A stretch of 64,000 nt of DNA from an uncultured delta proteobacterium (GTDB lineage Bacteria > Desulfobacterota > Desulfomonilia > UBA1062), in the NCBI GenBank assembly GCA_963798485.1, contig CAWCTR010000017.1, forward strand, positions 32,001 through 96,000. The letters are read 5' to 3'. The notes beneath the pieces are model-generated. The model was not told the DNA's origin. It made no database searches and was given only the letters and a program-made list of their open reading frames with translations. Numbering within the stretch: the stretch's first letter is position 1; each line of letters starts with the position of its first letter. Made by a program: the position numbers and the translations under genes. Shown piece after piece: positions 11,741-22,383 of the stretch.

Positions 11741-13473
11741 CTCTTCTCAAAGACCTCCATCACATGCGAGCGCAGGTTCTTTTTCTTGAGTTGCATCTCT
11801 TGTTTATGCCTCTGTAGCTCGTTGCGTTTGTTTCTGTCTTGCGTCTTCTCGGCATCATTCAGCTCACCCTGAATCATTCTGAGCTCTTCGTCGAACGCTA
11901 GACTCATAAACCGGCATACCGTATCAATCAAGGCCTTTTTTACATCTCCGGGAAATTCTCCCTGTGCCATCAGCCGCGAGGCCGTCATCCTTACGTCATC
12001 GGGGCAGCCGGAATCGTTCAATACACTACCATCGTTCTCCAGGATATAGTTAAAAAGTTCTGCAAGCACCTTGTTCTGGAATTCAAAGGCCATATGAGAG
12101 GCCCTCATGATGTCCACTGCCCTTGCATCCAAGAGCATGATTCTCGTTAGAGTCGCCTCAAGGTTATCCCGCTCACCTCCTGAACGCGAAGTGCTTTGCT
12201 GTTCTGCCGGGTTCCCTTCGGGTCTGATCCTTTTCGATACGACTTCCGTAGATATTCCAAGCTTCACTGCAAGCCTTTGGGCTAGGAGATCGCGCATTAC
12301 ATTATCGTGCAGGCGTGCAAACATAGGCGCAAGTTCCTTTAGTATGGCATTCTGACCTCGGAGTTTTGATGGATCATGCCGGGAAAACGATTCAAAAAAC
12401 ATCAGATCCCAGATATCCTGGGCCGACGACAGGAGCCCGTTCCAGATGCTGATTCCCTCGCGCGCGATGTCGTCAGGGTCTTTACCCTGGGGCAGGATAA
12501 CGATTCGAGGTATTACATCGCTTGCCAGAAACGGCTCCATGGCCCTCACCATGGCATTCCTGCCCGCAGAATCACCATCGAAGACAAGGGTGATATCATC
12601 GGTGAAACGGCGCAAGAGCCGGACATGGTCCTCTCCAAGGGCGGTCCCCAGCGTTGCAACCGCTGCAGTAAAGCCTGCATTTGCCAGTGACACGACATCC
12701 ATATACCCCTCCACCACCACTGCACCATTTTGCCGTATCTGGTTCCGTGCAGAATGGAGGTTGTACAGGACCCTCTTCTTTTCAAAGATCGGGCTTTCAG
12801 GCGTATTGAGATATTTCGGCTCGCCTTCACCCATAACCCGGCCGCCAAACCCGATAACCTCTCCTGATAAATCGATGATGGGGAAGATTATGCGTCCACG
12901 GAACCGGTCGTAGAAACCGCTGCCCTTCCTCGGCGCTATGAGACCCGCCTTTTCCGCCGCAGCCTGGGGGATGCCTCTGCTCCTGAGAAAAGCGGTCAGG
13001 CTATCCCATGAATCAGGCGCAAAGCCGATATGAAAGGACTTGATGGTGTTCTCGGTAATGCCCCTTCCTGATAAATACCTCCGTGCATCCTCGCCCTTTG
13101 CCGCGATGAGCTGCTGCTCGAAAAATGCCATGGCGGCCTTGTTGGCGTCGTAATAGATCTTTTTCTCGGATGAGGGTTGCCTTTTGTCCGTGTCGAGGGT
13201 GATGCCGGCCTTCAGGGCAAGCTCGGTAATAGCCTCGGCAAAGCTGAACCCTTTTTTGTCCATAACAAAGGTAATAACGTCCCCACCCCGGTCGCACCCG
13301 AAGCACTTATAAATCTGCCTGTCCGGATCAACGGAAAATGACGGTGTCTTCTCCGAGTGAAAGGGGCAGAGCCCCCAGAAAGACTTCCCCTTCTTCTTGA
13401 GCTGTACATACTCCGATATGACTGCAACAATGTCACTGGCTGTCTTGATCTGCTCGACCGAGGATTTATCCAT
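11737..13473 (-). CDS. dnaG: DNA primase
   Basis: [11 protein letters not shown]...CFGC zinc finger, KYLNTPE, TOPRIM VEGYMDV and FDGD. Confidence 0.98.
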
Positions 13474-15741
13474 CTATTTCCCCCCGAGCAGCACGATGGT
13501 CTTGTTGCCCCCGCCCTCGACCATGGGTGCGTCATGCATGGTCCTCACACAGGGCAACTCCTTGAGATACTCGCGGATGGCCTTTTTAAGCCTGCCGGTG
13601 CCGGCGCCATGGATGATCTCGAGAGAATCCTGGCCCGTGAGCATTGCCCGGTCGATGGCCCGCTCCACAAGGGGGATGGCCTCATCGACCCTCATGCCTA
13701 CCACCTTGATGGGTAAGACCGGAGGCGGGGCCTTAAGGCGTAAAACGGTTTCCTTTCCGGCACGGCTCTCCTCAGGCTGCCAGACGACATCGAGCTGGTC
13801 CAGGCCGACCTGCAGACGTTTTGTGCCAAAGGCAACCTCCGCTGCATGCCGGCCGAGCTCCATTACCTCGCCTTCCTGCTCGGTCCCTTTCAGCCTCACG
13901 GTGCACCCCTTGCGGATGTTCAGTGTTTGGGCAGGCGCGATCTCGGTAAGCACCTGTTCGAGCTCTACGGCCTCAGGCATCTGTTTTACCACTTGTATCG
14001 CCTCGCGGGTCACCGGTCTCCTTGAGAGCTGTTCGATCTGTTCCAGCAACCTCTTATACCTGAGCGCACTTTCTATCTTTTCTTTTTGCGTGGTGCGCAG
14101 TTCCTGCTCGGCCCTGGCCTTCATCACGCTGGCCTCTTTGAGGGCCTGCTCAGCCTCCTGCTTCAACATGGACGCCTTTGAGATGTCCTGGATGGCCTTG
14201 GCAAGCGGTGAATTTCCGGTACGGCCGGCAATGCCCCTGGCCTCCACGATCAGGTCATGGGGAAACTCGATGGCCTCCAGAATCTCAAAGGCCCTGCTTT
14301 GCCCGACCACCCCATACTGGAGGGCATATAACGGCTTGAGACCGGTGTCGTCAAAGGCCGTGGCTGCATGCTCCACCCTGTCAGAGGTGATGCCGTAAAG
14401 CTTGACGAGGTCGGAATGCGAGGTCACCACCACGGTTGCGCCCTTTATGCGCAACGCATCGATACAGGCAACAGCCAGCGCGCCGCCCTGGTCGTGGTCC
14501 GTCCCCGAGCCGGGCTCGTCGAGCAGAACAAGGTCTCCGGGACAGGTCTGCTCATATATGTTTTTCAAAGAAAGGGCATGGGCGGTGAATGACGACAGGT
14601 CATGGGTGATGTCCTGGTTCGTGTCCATCTCGATGCGTATATCGCCCATGGGCGTGATGACGGAATCCGCACCTGCGGGTATTGCCAGCCCGCTCTTTGC
14701 CATGAGGATGAGGAGACCCAGGGTCTTCAAGGCCACGGTCTTGCCGCCTGCATTGGGCCCGGTGATGATGAGGCAGTCCTTCCCCTTGGGGATGCGGATA
14801 TCCAGTGCCACAGTAGAAGCCCTTCCCAGCCTTTCAAGAAGGATGGGGTGACGGGCCCCGTGAAGGCGGATCTCTTCCCCTTCTATCCTGGGGATGGAAC
14901 CCCCTATGGCAATGGCCCACCGTGCATTGGCGGATACAAGGTCAAGCCCGCCATAGACAGAGAGATTTTCACGGATTGTAGACGCGTTATCATGGACCAG
15001 CGAGGTGAGTTCTTTGAGGACCTTGAGCTCTTCTTCTATTATCTGCGCCTTGATCTGGTTTAACGTATTGTTATCGTTCACTAAGGACAGGGGCTCCACA
15101 TAGACTGTCCGGTTCGTCCTGGAGTAGTCGTGGATGATGCCTTTCATGTGTACATGGTAGTCGTGCCGCACAGGGATCACATAGCGGTCGTTTCTCTTGG
15201 TTATGAGCTCCTCCATAAGCACGGACTTGGTTTTAAGCCTCTCCAGGATCTGCTCGAGCTTCTCCAGGATGGAAGACCTTATGGCGCGGTATCGGGAGCG
15301 AAGGTCTCGGAGGTACGGATATGCCTCATCCGAGATCTCACCTGTGGGAAGGAGCATGGCATCAATCCGGCCGGATACGTGATCAAGGGGCTCCATGGTT
15401 GCTACCGCCTGTGAGAGCAACCCTCCAGAGTCTGTCAGCACCTTTTTCAGCCTTGCCATGTCTATCAGGGCCGCTGAGATCTTGATAAGATCTTGCCCTT
15501 CAAGCGCTGCGCCTTCCCTGATGGTAAGCAGCGGCCTGATATCGGCTATGGCGGCTATTGCGGGTGAGTTACCTGAATTCATGAGTGCAATCATCTCTTG
15601 GAGCAGGGCGAGCCGGTAGCGGGCATCCCCCCAGGAATCGCTTGGGCTCAAACCCTTTAGGGCGCTCAGGCCGATTTCGGAGGAAACAAAAGGTTTTATG
15701 TACTCCTTCAGAGCGGAGAACTCTAACAGATCATTTCTCAT
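13474..15741 (-). CDS. mutS2: MutS2 family protein with Smr domain
   Basis: ITGPNAGGKT Walker A, LSSFTAH, LLDEPGSGTD and Smr motif IIHGAGTGRLK. Confidence 0.95.
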   Translation of the reverse strand: MRNDLLEFSALKEYIKPFVSSEIGLSALKGLSPSDSWGDARYRLALLQEMIALMNSGNSPAIAAIADIRPLLTIREGAALEGQDLIKISAALIDMARLKKVLTDSGGLLSQAVATMEPLDHVSGRIDAMLLPTGEISDEAYPYLRDLRSRYRAIRSSILEKLEQILERLKTKSVLMEELITKRNDRYVIPVRHDYHVHMKGIIHDYSRTNRTVYVEPLSLVNDNNTLNQIKAQIIEEELKVLKELTSLVHDNASTIRENLSVYGGLDLVSANARWAIAIGGSIPRIEGEEIRLHGARHPILLERLGRASTVALDIRIPKGKDCLIITGPNAGGKTVALKTLGLLILMAKSGLAIPAGADSVITPMGDIRIEMDTNQDITHDLSSFTAHALSLKNIYEQTCPGDLVLLDEPGSGTDHDQGGALAVACIDALRIKGATVVVTSHSDLVKLYGITSDRVEHAATAFDDTGLKPLYALQYGVVGQSRAFEILEAIEFPHDLIVEARGIAGRTGNSPLAKAIQDISKASMLKQEAEQALKEASVMKARAEQELRTTQKEKIESALRYKRLLEQIEQLSRRPVTREAIQVVKQMPEAVELEQVLTEIAPAQTLNIRKGCTVRLKGTEQEGEVMELGRHAAEVAFGTKRLQVGLDQLDVVWQPEESRAGKETVLRLKAPPPVLPIKVVGMRVDEAIPLVERAIDRAMLTGQDSLEIIHGAGTGRLKKAIREYLKELPCVRTMHDAPMVEGGGNKTIVLLGGK

Positions 15742-15794
15742 GGAGGTGCGAATCAGCAGGCAACGTCTGTGTTGCCGCTATAGAGTCTGTGAAG

Positions 15795-16232
15795 TCACTG
15801 CAGTAAAGAATTTACTATGCCGCTGATGACCTTGCCGTCCGCCTGGCCTGCCACCTTGGCCATGACGAGTTTCATGACCTTGCCGAATTCCTTCTTGGTG
15901 GCGCCGGTCTCCGCAATGATCTCTTTGACGATTGTCCTTATAACCTCTTCATCCATCTCCTTGGGCAAATAGGACTTTAAGATCTCGAGGTTCTTCTCTT
16001 CCTGCGCGGCAAGATCCATCCTGCCCCCTTTGGTAAACTGCTCCAGGGATTCGGTGACCTGCTTTATCTGGGTACGCAGGACCTTGGCGACCTCCTGGTC
16101 ATCAAGGTCCTGATTGAGTGCAACCTGCCTGTACTTGATTGCTGAGATGGCCATGCGCAGACAAGATAACCTGTCCTTGTCCTGCGCCTTCATGGCGAGA
16201 GCTAAATCGGCTTTGATCTTTTCTATCAGCAT
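15795..16232 (-). CDS. GatB/YqeY domain protein
   Basis: AMKAQDKDRL, YLPKEM and GKVMK...GQADGK. Located between rpsU and mutS2. Confidence 0.93.
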   Translation of the reverse strand: MLIEKIKADLALAMKAQDKDRLSCLRMAISAIKYRQVALNQDLDDQEVAKVLRTQIKQVTESLEQFTKGGRMDLAAQEEKNLEILKSYLPKEMDEEVIRTIVKEIIAETGATKKEFGKVMKLVMAKVAGQADGKVISGIVNSLLQ

Positions 16233-16435
16233 CAGTAGTAGGATCTTACCTTGCTCATTTTCTTTACTGCTCTCTTCCGGGCTGCAATGGCCTTGCGTTT
16301 CTTCTTTACGCTGGGCTTTTCGTAGAATTCCCTCTTGCGTACCTCGGAGAGAACACCCGCCTTTTCCACCTGCTTTTTGAAGCGCTTAAGTGCTCCCTCA
16401 AAAGGCTCGGTCTCTCTTACTTTAATTCCGGGCAT
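16232..16435 (-). CDS. rpsU: 30S ribosomal protein S21
   Basis: [45 protein letters not shown] at 16435. Confidence 0.97.
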   Translation of the reverse strand: MPGIKVRETEPFEGALKRFKKQVEKAGVLSEVRKREFYEKPSVKKKRKAIAARKRAVKKMSKVRSYY

Positions 16436-16544
16436 GCGTTGATCAAACACCCCCTCTCTGTGTGGCTGCTCTGTACAAGAAGCAGATTGTATATAGAAAC
16501 CCCCTGGTACTGTCAAGCCATTATGTTTTATTATTCGATAGTGA

Positions 16545-17987
16545 TCAGGTGATATTATATTTCTTCAACAAGGCGTAGAGACGCGAACGTGATAACCCTG
16601 ATATCCTGCAAGCTGATTCGACATGCGCCTTTGTCTGCCTCATCAATTCCTGGAGATACTGCTTCTCTATCTCTGCAATAGAATCATCCCGCACTTCCTT
16701 TAGACTGGGAAGTGAGGTGTTGGTGAGATCTCGGGTCGGTTTTTTCTTTTTGCCTGCAACAGCATTTTGTTTTACCTGCACATGAATATGATGGGGAAGG
16801 TGCTTGGGGACAAGGATTGAGCTTTCATGTGCAACCGTAATCGCACTTTCGATTGCATGAATCAACTCTCTAACATTACCAGGCCAGGTATACTGTACGA
16901 TAGCATCACGGAATGCAGTACTGAGACGTTTCGGTTTCATGCCGGATTTTCTGGTGAGTCTGTGCAGGTACAGATCCGCCAGCTCGAGGACATCCTCAGG
17001 ACGCTCTCTAAGTGGGGGAATATGGATGATTATGGATTGAAGTCTGAAAAGGAAATCCTTCCTGAATCCGTCCATCTCCACCATCTTGTCAAGGTCCCGG
17101 TTGGTCGCGGATATGACCCTGAAATCACTTTCCACCTCACTCGATTTCCCGACAGGGCGGAAGCGGCCTTCCTGGAGGATTCGAAGGAAATTCTTCTGTG
17201 TGGCCGGGGGAAGCTCGCCGACTTCGTCCAAAAAGAGGGTCCCTTTGTGAGCCTGGGCAACCAGGCCGTGCCGTGATCTATCCGCACCCGTATATGAGCC
17301 CTTCTCATGGCCGAACAGGATGCTTTCCACCAGGTTCGGGGGCAGGGCGGCACAGTCAACAACAACAAAGTCATTCCCGGAGCGTGCGGAGTTATTGTGA
17401 ATCGAGCGTGCAAAGAGCTCCTTACCAGTGCCCGTCTCGCCGGTAAGCAGCACATTGGCATCGCTCTTAAAGGTCTTGCTCAATAAAGCCAGGCATTCTT
17501 TCATCCTGGGGCTCTTGGCGAATATCCCTTCTTTCTCAAAATCAATTGCCTCGACAGGTTGTTTATTGCTCTTATGGTAGAGAACAACATCTTTAATCAG
17601 CGCAGAGAGTTCGTTTTTCGAAAAGGGCTTCTCCAGGTAATCCCATGCCCCTTTGGAAAGGGCAGTCTCAACCGAATCCGGATCACCGTAGCCGGTTATG
17701 ACGATCACTTCCGGCCTGCCGATATTTTGAGAGATTTCCGGGAGTTTCTCTATCCCGTTTCCATCAGGCATATACACATCGAGAAACACAACATCATATG
17801 CGTCTGAGCGTACTACTTCGAGACCGTCCTTCAAGGTCAAGGCTGTTGCAGTAGTATAGCCCAAGGCCTTAGCCACATTGGCTATGGAGTTACAGACAAG
17901 GTCGTCATCATCGATAATAAGAATTTTTTCCTGATTATCTATAGACACTTGAGGATAATATAGCCTTTCCATTGAGATGTAAAGCAC
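16545..17987 (-). CDS. Sigma-54-dependent response regulator (NtrC-type enhancer-binding protein)
   Basis: REC domain, GETGTGKE, variant GAFTGA loop [20 protein letters not shown] and Fis-type HTH. Confidence 0.95.
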   Translation of the reverse strand: MLYISMERLYYPQVSIDNQEKILIIDDDDLVCNSIANVAKALGYTTATALTLKDGLEVVRSDAYDVVFLDVYMPDGNGIEKLPEISQNIGRPEVIVITGYGDPDSVETALSKGAWDYLEKPFSKNELSALIKDVVLYHKSNKQPVEAIDFEKEGIFAKSPRMKECLALLSKTFKSDANVLLTGETGTGKELFARSIHNNSARSGNDFVVVDCAALPPNLVESILFGHEKGSYTGADRSRHGLVAQAHKGTLFLDEVGELPPATQKNFLRILQEGRFRPVGKSSEVESDFRVISATNRDLDKMVEMDGFRKDFLFRLQSIIIHIPPLRERPEDVLELADLYLHRLTRKSGMKPKRLSTAFRDAIVQYTWPGNVRELIHAIESAITVAHESSILVPKHLPHHIHVQVKQNAVAGKKKKPTRDLTNTSLPSLKEVRDDSIAEIEKQYLQELMRQTKAHVESACRISGLSRSRLYALLKKYNIT

Positions 17988-17989
17988 TC

Positions 17990-20902
17990 TTAAGTCAGGA
18001 CACGGCCTATAGCCTCTTGCAACTGGGACCGGGAAAAGGGTTTGAGAATAAATTCATTGATGCCTGTTTTCTTTTCCTGCAGTTCCTGCATGATTTCTTC
18101 TGAGCCGGAGCAGAGAATAACAGGGATGTCCTGACGGATCTTACGGATATGCCCTGCCAGCTCATGGCCTCTCATCCGCGGCATGACCTGGTCTGTGATA
18201 ACCAGGGAGAACATCTTCGGTTCGTCCTTAAAGATATTAAGCGCCTCTTGAGGATCAGACGTTGATGTCACTTGATATCCAAGATGGATCAGCAGTTGAT
18301 GGAGGCTGCGTAAGTCAGCCTCATTGTCGTCTGCAAGGAGGATATGTTTTTCTCCATGACCTGCGGATTGTCTTATTTGTTTGGAAGCATGATACCGGAT
18401 ATCAGTGTGCTGTGGAAAATACACTTCGAATTTTGCCCCTTTCCCGACATCGCTAGAGAGGAGTATTGATCCATTCGCATTCTTGACCAATTCATGCACG
18501 ACGGCAAGCCCCAGCCCGGTGCCCTTGCTTGACTTCTTGGTAGTAAAGAATGGATCGAATATCTTATCCCTGATATCCCGGCTTATTCCGCTTCCGGTAT
18601 CTCGAACTGTCAGTTTCAGATATCTTCCCGGCTTGAGGTCGGATATCATGGCCGGAGTATATGAAGTTATTTCTGTCTCTTTGATGGAAACTCCAAGAAA
18701 TCCTTTACCCGATTTCATGGCCTGGATAGCATTATTGCAGAGGTTGAGAATGAGTTGATGGATCTGGGTCGGGTCTACCCGGACAAGGCCCTCCCTTGAC
18801 GTTATCCATTGCCGGAAGTTTATTCGTGAAGGGATCGATCTTTTCAGGAGGTTGAGCGCATCCTGAACAACCGGCCCTATGGTGATAGGCTTGCAGAAAG
18901 ATCCCTTTCTGGAGCCGAACAGCTTGATCTGTCTGATAAGATTCTTCCCAAGATGCGCCGCATCAATGATCTGATCTATGTATTCCCGCTCCTGCGTTCC
19001 GTGAGGGAGGATATCCGAGATGAGTTCCGAATTGATGAGGATCGGCTGGAGCACGTTATTAAAATCGTGCGCAATACCTCCTGCAAGTTTGCCCAGGGCC
19101 TCTATTTTTTGGGCTTGTATGAGCCGGCTTTCGAGCCTCTTCTTCTCTTCTTCGGCACGTTTGCGTTCGGTTATGTCTTTCACCGTGTGAATGACACGTA
19201 TGATTTCACCTTTGTCATTAACAACCGGGTCCACTGAGGCAAGGAACCACATGTCTCTCCTATCATCATAATGTTCAACCTCCTCATGTTTTTTTGTCTT
19301 CAGCATTGTTGTCAGAGGGCATCCGTCAATAGGTTTATCTGAGCAATGCATCAGGGAAAAGCAGTTGTTCTGCACAACATGATCATGGGGTAGGTTGAAG
19401 AAAGAGGCTGCAGCTGCATTGACCCGGTCAATCTTGAAATTATTGTCCAGGATCATCACATGATCTTTAATGGAGTCAAACGTGATCTGCCAGTCATGGG
19501 CTGCTTTCCTTATCTTCTCCTCCATCTGCTTGCGTTCGGTGATATTGCGGGCTGCTGCAAAAACCCCAAGAACGTTCCCTGTCTGGTCATGGTATACAGC
19601 AGCATTATAGAGGACCGGGGTGATATGACCGTCGCTATGGAGAATATCAAGGGGATAGTCCTGTACCATGCCTTCACTGAATACTTGTTTATATCCGCTA
19701 CGTGCCTTTTCTGGTTCGGTGAAGTAATCGGAGAAATCAGTGTTGATAAGCCCTCTTCGGCTCCGGCCTGTCACCTTTTCCGTAGCCTTGTTCACGTCGG
19801 TAATCCTGCCTTTGACATCAATGGTCACCAATGGGTCAAGACTTGCCTCAATCAGGCTCCTGTTATAGGCGCCAGCCAATCTCAAGGCATTCTCCGCCTT
19901 TTTGCGCTGGGCTATTTCGGCTATGAGTTGTTTGTTTCTCGCTTCCAATTCGGTTGTGCGTTCCTTTACAAGCCCTTCCAGGTTGTCACTATGCCTGCAT
20001 AACTCCTCTTCCAAAAGCTTTCGCTGGGTAATGTCCATGAATATGACGGCAAACTGGTTGGGAGCAGGTCGATAGGAGAATGCCCCATAGTGCCGATTGA
20101 GAACCGGAGAATAATTTTCAAAGTGCACAGGTTCACCGGTGAGTGCGACAGAACCATAGGTTTCTATCCATTTTGGGTCTTCATCAGGCAGTACCTGCAA
20201 CACAGTCTTGCCTACCACATCCTCCCTTTTGAGGCCGGTGAGCTGTTCAAAGGCAGGGTTCACATCGATGAATCGATAATCACAGGGTTTGCCTTTCTCA
20301 TCGCATATGATCTCATGCAGGGCAAACCCCTCGGACATGGAACTGAACAGGTCGTGGAAGCGCTGCTCGCTCTTCCTGAGAGATCCCTCAGCTCGGCTCC
20401 GCTCGGTAATATCGTGCCAGACCGTTACCGAGCCTGTGATGAGGTCCCCCAAGCGCATTGGCCCCGAAGAGGTCTCGACCACCATGTCGGTGCCGTCTGA
20501 GCGTTTGACCATATAACATGCACCGGTTACCTTTTCTCCCCGCAATGCCAGGGGTGTCGGCTGCTCCCCCAATATGAGCGTCCGTCCGTCCAGCCATCGG
20601 CACGAAACCCGCTTTATAATGTCTTTGACATTGAGGCCGACAGGATCAAGACCATAGGTCTCAAGGAACGGATGATTCGCCCGGAGAACATTCATGTTCG
20701 TGTCGAAGATGAGCACAGCGTCGTTTTGTGCCACAAAGATTGCTTCCAACTCAGCAGCACGTTTTGAAAGCTCCTCTTCGAAATGGGCACACTCAGCATT
20801 TATCCTTTCCAATTCAGCAATTCTCTGTCGGGCGCCTGCCAGCTCCTTCAGGAGTTGTCCCTTTGTTTTTTCGTCTTCAAATATGTCCATGCTAACCACC
20901 AC
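17990..20902 (-). CDS. Multi-PAS hybrid histidine kinase with C-terminal receiver (likely ATG at 20890)
   Basis: Four PAS repeats, GGIAHDFNN H-box, HATPase boxes and REC (TDQVMP, KPF). Confidence 0.95.
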   Translation of the reverse strand: MVVSMDIFEDEKTKGQLLKELAGARQRIAELERINAECAHFEEELSKRAAELEAIFVAQNDAVLIFDTNMNVLRANHPFLETYGLDPVGLNVKDIIKRVSCRWLDGRTLILGEQPTPLALRGEKVTGACYMVKRSDGTDMVVETSSGPMRLGDLITGSVTVWHDITERSRAEGSLRKSEQRFHDLFSSMSEGFALHEIICDEKGKPCDYRFIDVNPAFEQLTGLKREDVVGKTVLQVLPDEDPKWIETYGSVALTGEPVHFENYSPVLNRHYGAFSYRPAPNQFAVIFMDITQRKLLEEELCRHSDNLEGLVKERTTELEARNKQLIAEIAQRKKAENALRLAGAYNRSLIEASLDPLVTIDVKGRITDVNKATEKVTGRSRRGLINTDFSDYFTEPEKARSGYKQVFSEGMVQDYPLDILHSDGHITPVLYNAAVYHDQTGNVLGVFAAARNITERKQMEEKIRKAAHDWQITFDSIKDHVMILDNNFKIDRVNAAAASFFNLPHDHVVQNNCFSLMHCSDKPIDGCPLTTMLKTKKHEEVEHYDDRRDMWFLASVDPVVNDKGEIIRVIHTVKDITERKRAEEEKKRLESRLIQAQKIEALGKLAGGIAHDFNNVLQPILINSELISDILPHGTQEREYIDQIIDAAHLGKNLIRQIKLFGSRKGSFCKPITIGPVVQDALNLLKRSIPSRINFRQWITSREGLVRVDPTQIHQLILNLCNNAIQAMKSGKGFLGVSIKETEITSYTPAMISDLKPGRYLKLTVRDTGSGISRDIRDKIFDPFFTTKKSSKGTGLGLAVVHELVKNANGSILLSSDVGKGAKFEVYFPQHTDIRYHASKQIRQSAGHGEKHILLADDNEADLRSLHQLLIHLGYQVTSTSDPQEALNIFKDEPKMFSLVITDQVMPRMRGHELAGHIRKIRQDIPVILCSGSEEIMQELQEKKTGINEFILKPFSRSQLQEAIGRVLT

Positions 20903-21091
20903 CTGATGTAATTATTATGCTTAAAATAATGAGATAGTATAGTGCAGTTTAAAGGCAATGGAATACTTACATAGGGTTTTGATATTGAATGTTACCCCAT
21001 ATCCTAAGATTACATCATTATTGAAGCCCCAGTCCATATCCTCATTACCATTGAAGCAGGCAGATCACCTGTATTGGTCAGCAAGCAGACT

Positions 21092-21877
21092 TCAGTTTTG
21101 ATGTTCTCCTTTATACATATACCTTATCTGGCAGGTTCTTTGGACTTGAAAGGAATCAAGGGCATTAGACTCAAAGAAACTACTTGCTTGATCAACAAAA
21201 ACCTGTTTCAGCTTTTCCATGGATCTCGTTTGGATTTGCCTCACGCGTTCCCTGCTCACGCCGAGTTGCATCCCAATTTCTTTGAGCTTCACAGGAGGGT
21301 CGGAAAAATATCGCTGTTTGAGGACAGAGGCTTCTCTTTGTGAAAGGAAGGTGAAACAGTGATGGAGCAAGGTTGAAATGTTATATGATGCCTCCTTGCC
21401 ATTATAGAGTTTCTCAGGGTCTGTACCATCAGTGAGAAAATCGATCCATCGATCCTTGTCATTATCATCACTTCCAAGATATTCATCCAAGGAGAACAGA
21501 TTCTTGGCATGGCTCAGGCTTCCGGCGTTCACCTTTGTGCTCTTGTTTAAGAATGCCTTGATGAAGGCCTCTATCCACCAGACTGCATAGTAGATAAATG
21601 GTATTCCGCGTTCAGGATCAAAGCGGTTCAGCGCTCTTATCAATCCAAGATTCCCTTCCTGAATAATTTCGAGGCAATTATGCCCGCAATAAAAATATTT
21701 CCTGCTCACTTTTACTACAAACTTCAAGTTCGATTGAAGTATTTGTTGTCCGGCAGCTTCATCTCCCTTCTGATACTGTTTTACCAGTTCATACTCCTTC
21801 TCATGGGTAAGGTGTGGGTATTGCCGTATCTCCCGGTAGTACTGCTGAAAATCTGCATAATCAAACAAACTTTCCAT
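21092..21877 (-). CDS. Alternative sigma-70 family factor, paralog B
   Basis: Same length (261 aa) and colinear with 2872..3657. Confidence 0.92.
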   Translation of the reverse strand: MESLFDYADFQQYYREIRQYPHLTHEKEYELVKQYQKGDEAAGQQILQSNLKFVVKVSRKYFYCGHNCLEIIQEGNLGLIRALNRFDPERGIPFIYYAVWWIEAFIKAFLNKSTKVNAGSLSHAKNLFSLDEYLGSDDNDKDRWIDFLTDGTDPEKLYNGKEASYNISTLLHHCFTFLSQREASVLKQRYFSDPPVKLKEIGMQLGVSRERVRQIQTRSMEKLKQVFVDQASSFFESNALDSFQVQRTCQIRYMYKGEHQN

Positions 21878-21961
21878 AAGGAATCCTTTCTTTATTGTGA
21901 GGTAAGATTATTGTTTTCAATGAGTTCACATAAGCATTTCTGTCTCACGAATAAGGACATA

Positions 21962-22081
21962 TACAATTGGTGTGCCATTGTTTGTGATTATTATATATTA
22001 AATGATAACAATATGTTATAGGTATTTATGCTGTGGTTGATCTTATCTGTGCCGGTATTGTCTGTCTTGCGCGATAGGACT
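21962..22081 (-). promoter_or_regulatory. Sigma-54-type promoter (TGGCACACCAATTGTA) and upstream GTCCTAT...GACA site
   Basis: Conserved with 2346-2465. The GTCC-to-TGGCAC distance is 103 nt in both. Confidence 0.65.
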
Positions 22082-22099
22082 AATCCATCTTTACAGGAA

Positions 22100-22228
22100 T
22101 AAAAAAATCAGGCCATTGCGGACCTGATAAAGAGGAGGTTCTATGGGGAATGAATCTTGAAGAACCTACTATTTTAATCGGCGTGAATCGGATTTGTATG
22201 AGTATGGCCATGATCATCCAGGTTCTAT
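22100..22228. repeat. About 130-bp dispersed structured element, copy 1 (sRNA or small-peptide candidate)
   Basis: Highly similar to 51661-51791. Contains a minus-strand terminator and an AGGTTCT/AGAACCT stem. Confidence 0.7.
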
Positions 22229-22383
22229 TGATCCCACTACCTCTGTGATCCCGGATTTCAAACATGATGGTATGGGGAGTATCCACTCGCGGAACTAGGC
22301 ATTTTGTAGTAAGCTAAGGGTAATTAGCCCCAAACGAGATGAAAGAGAACAATATTTTGTTATCAATTGAAGGGAGAAACTAT

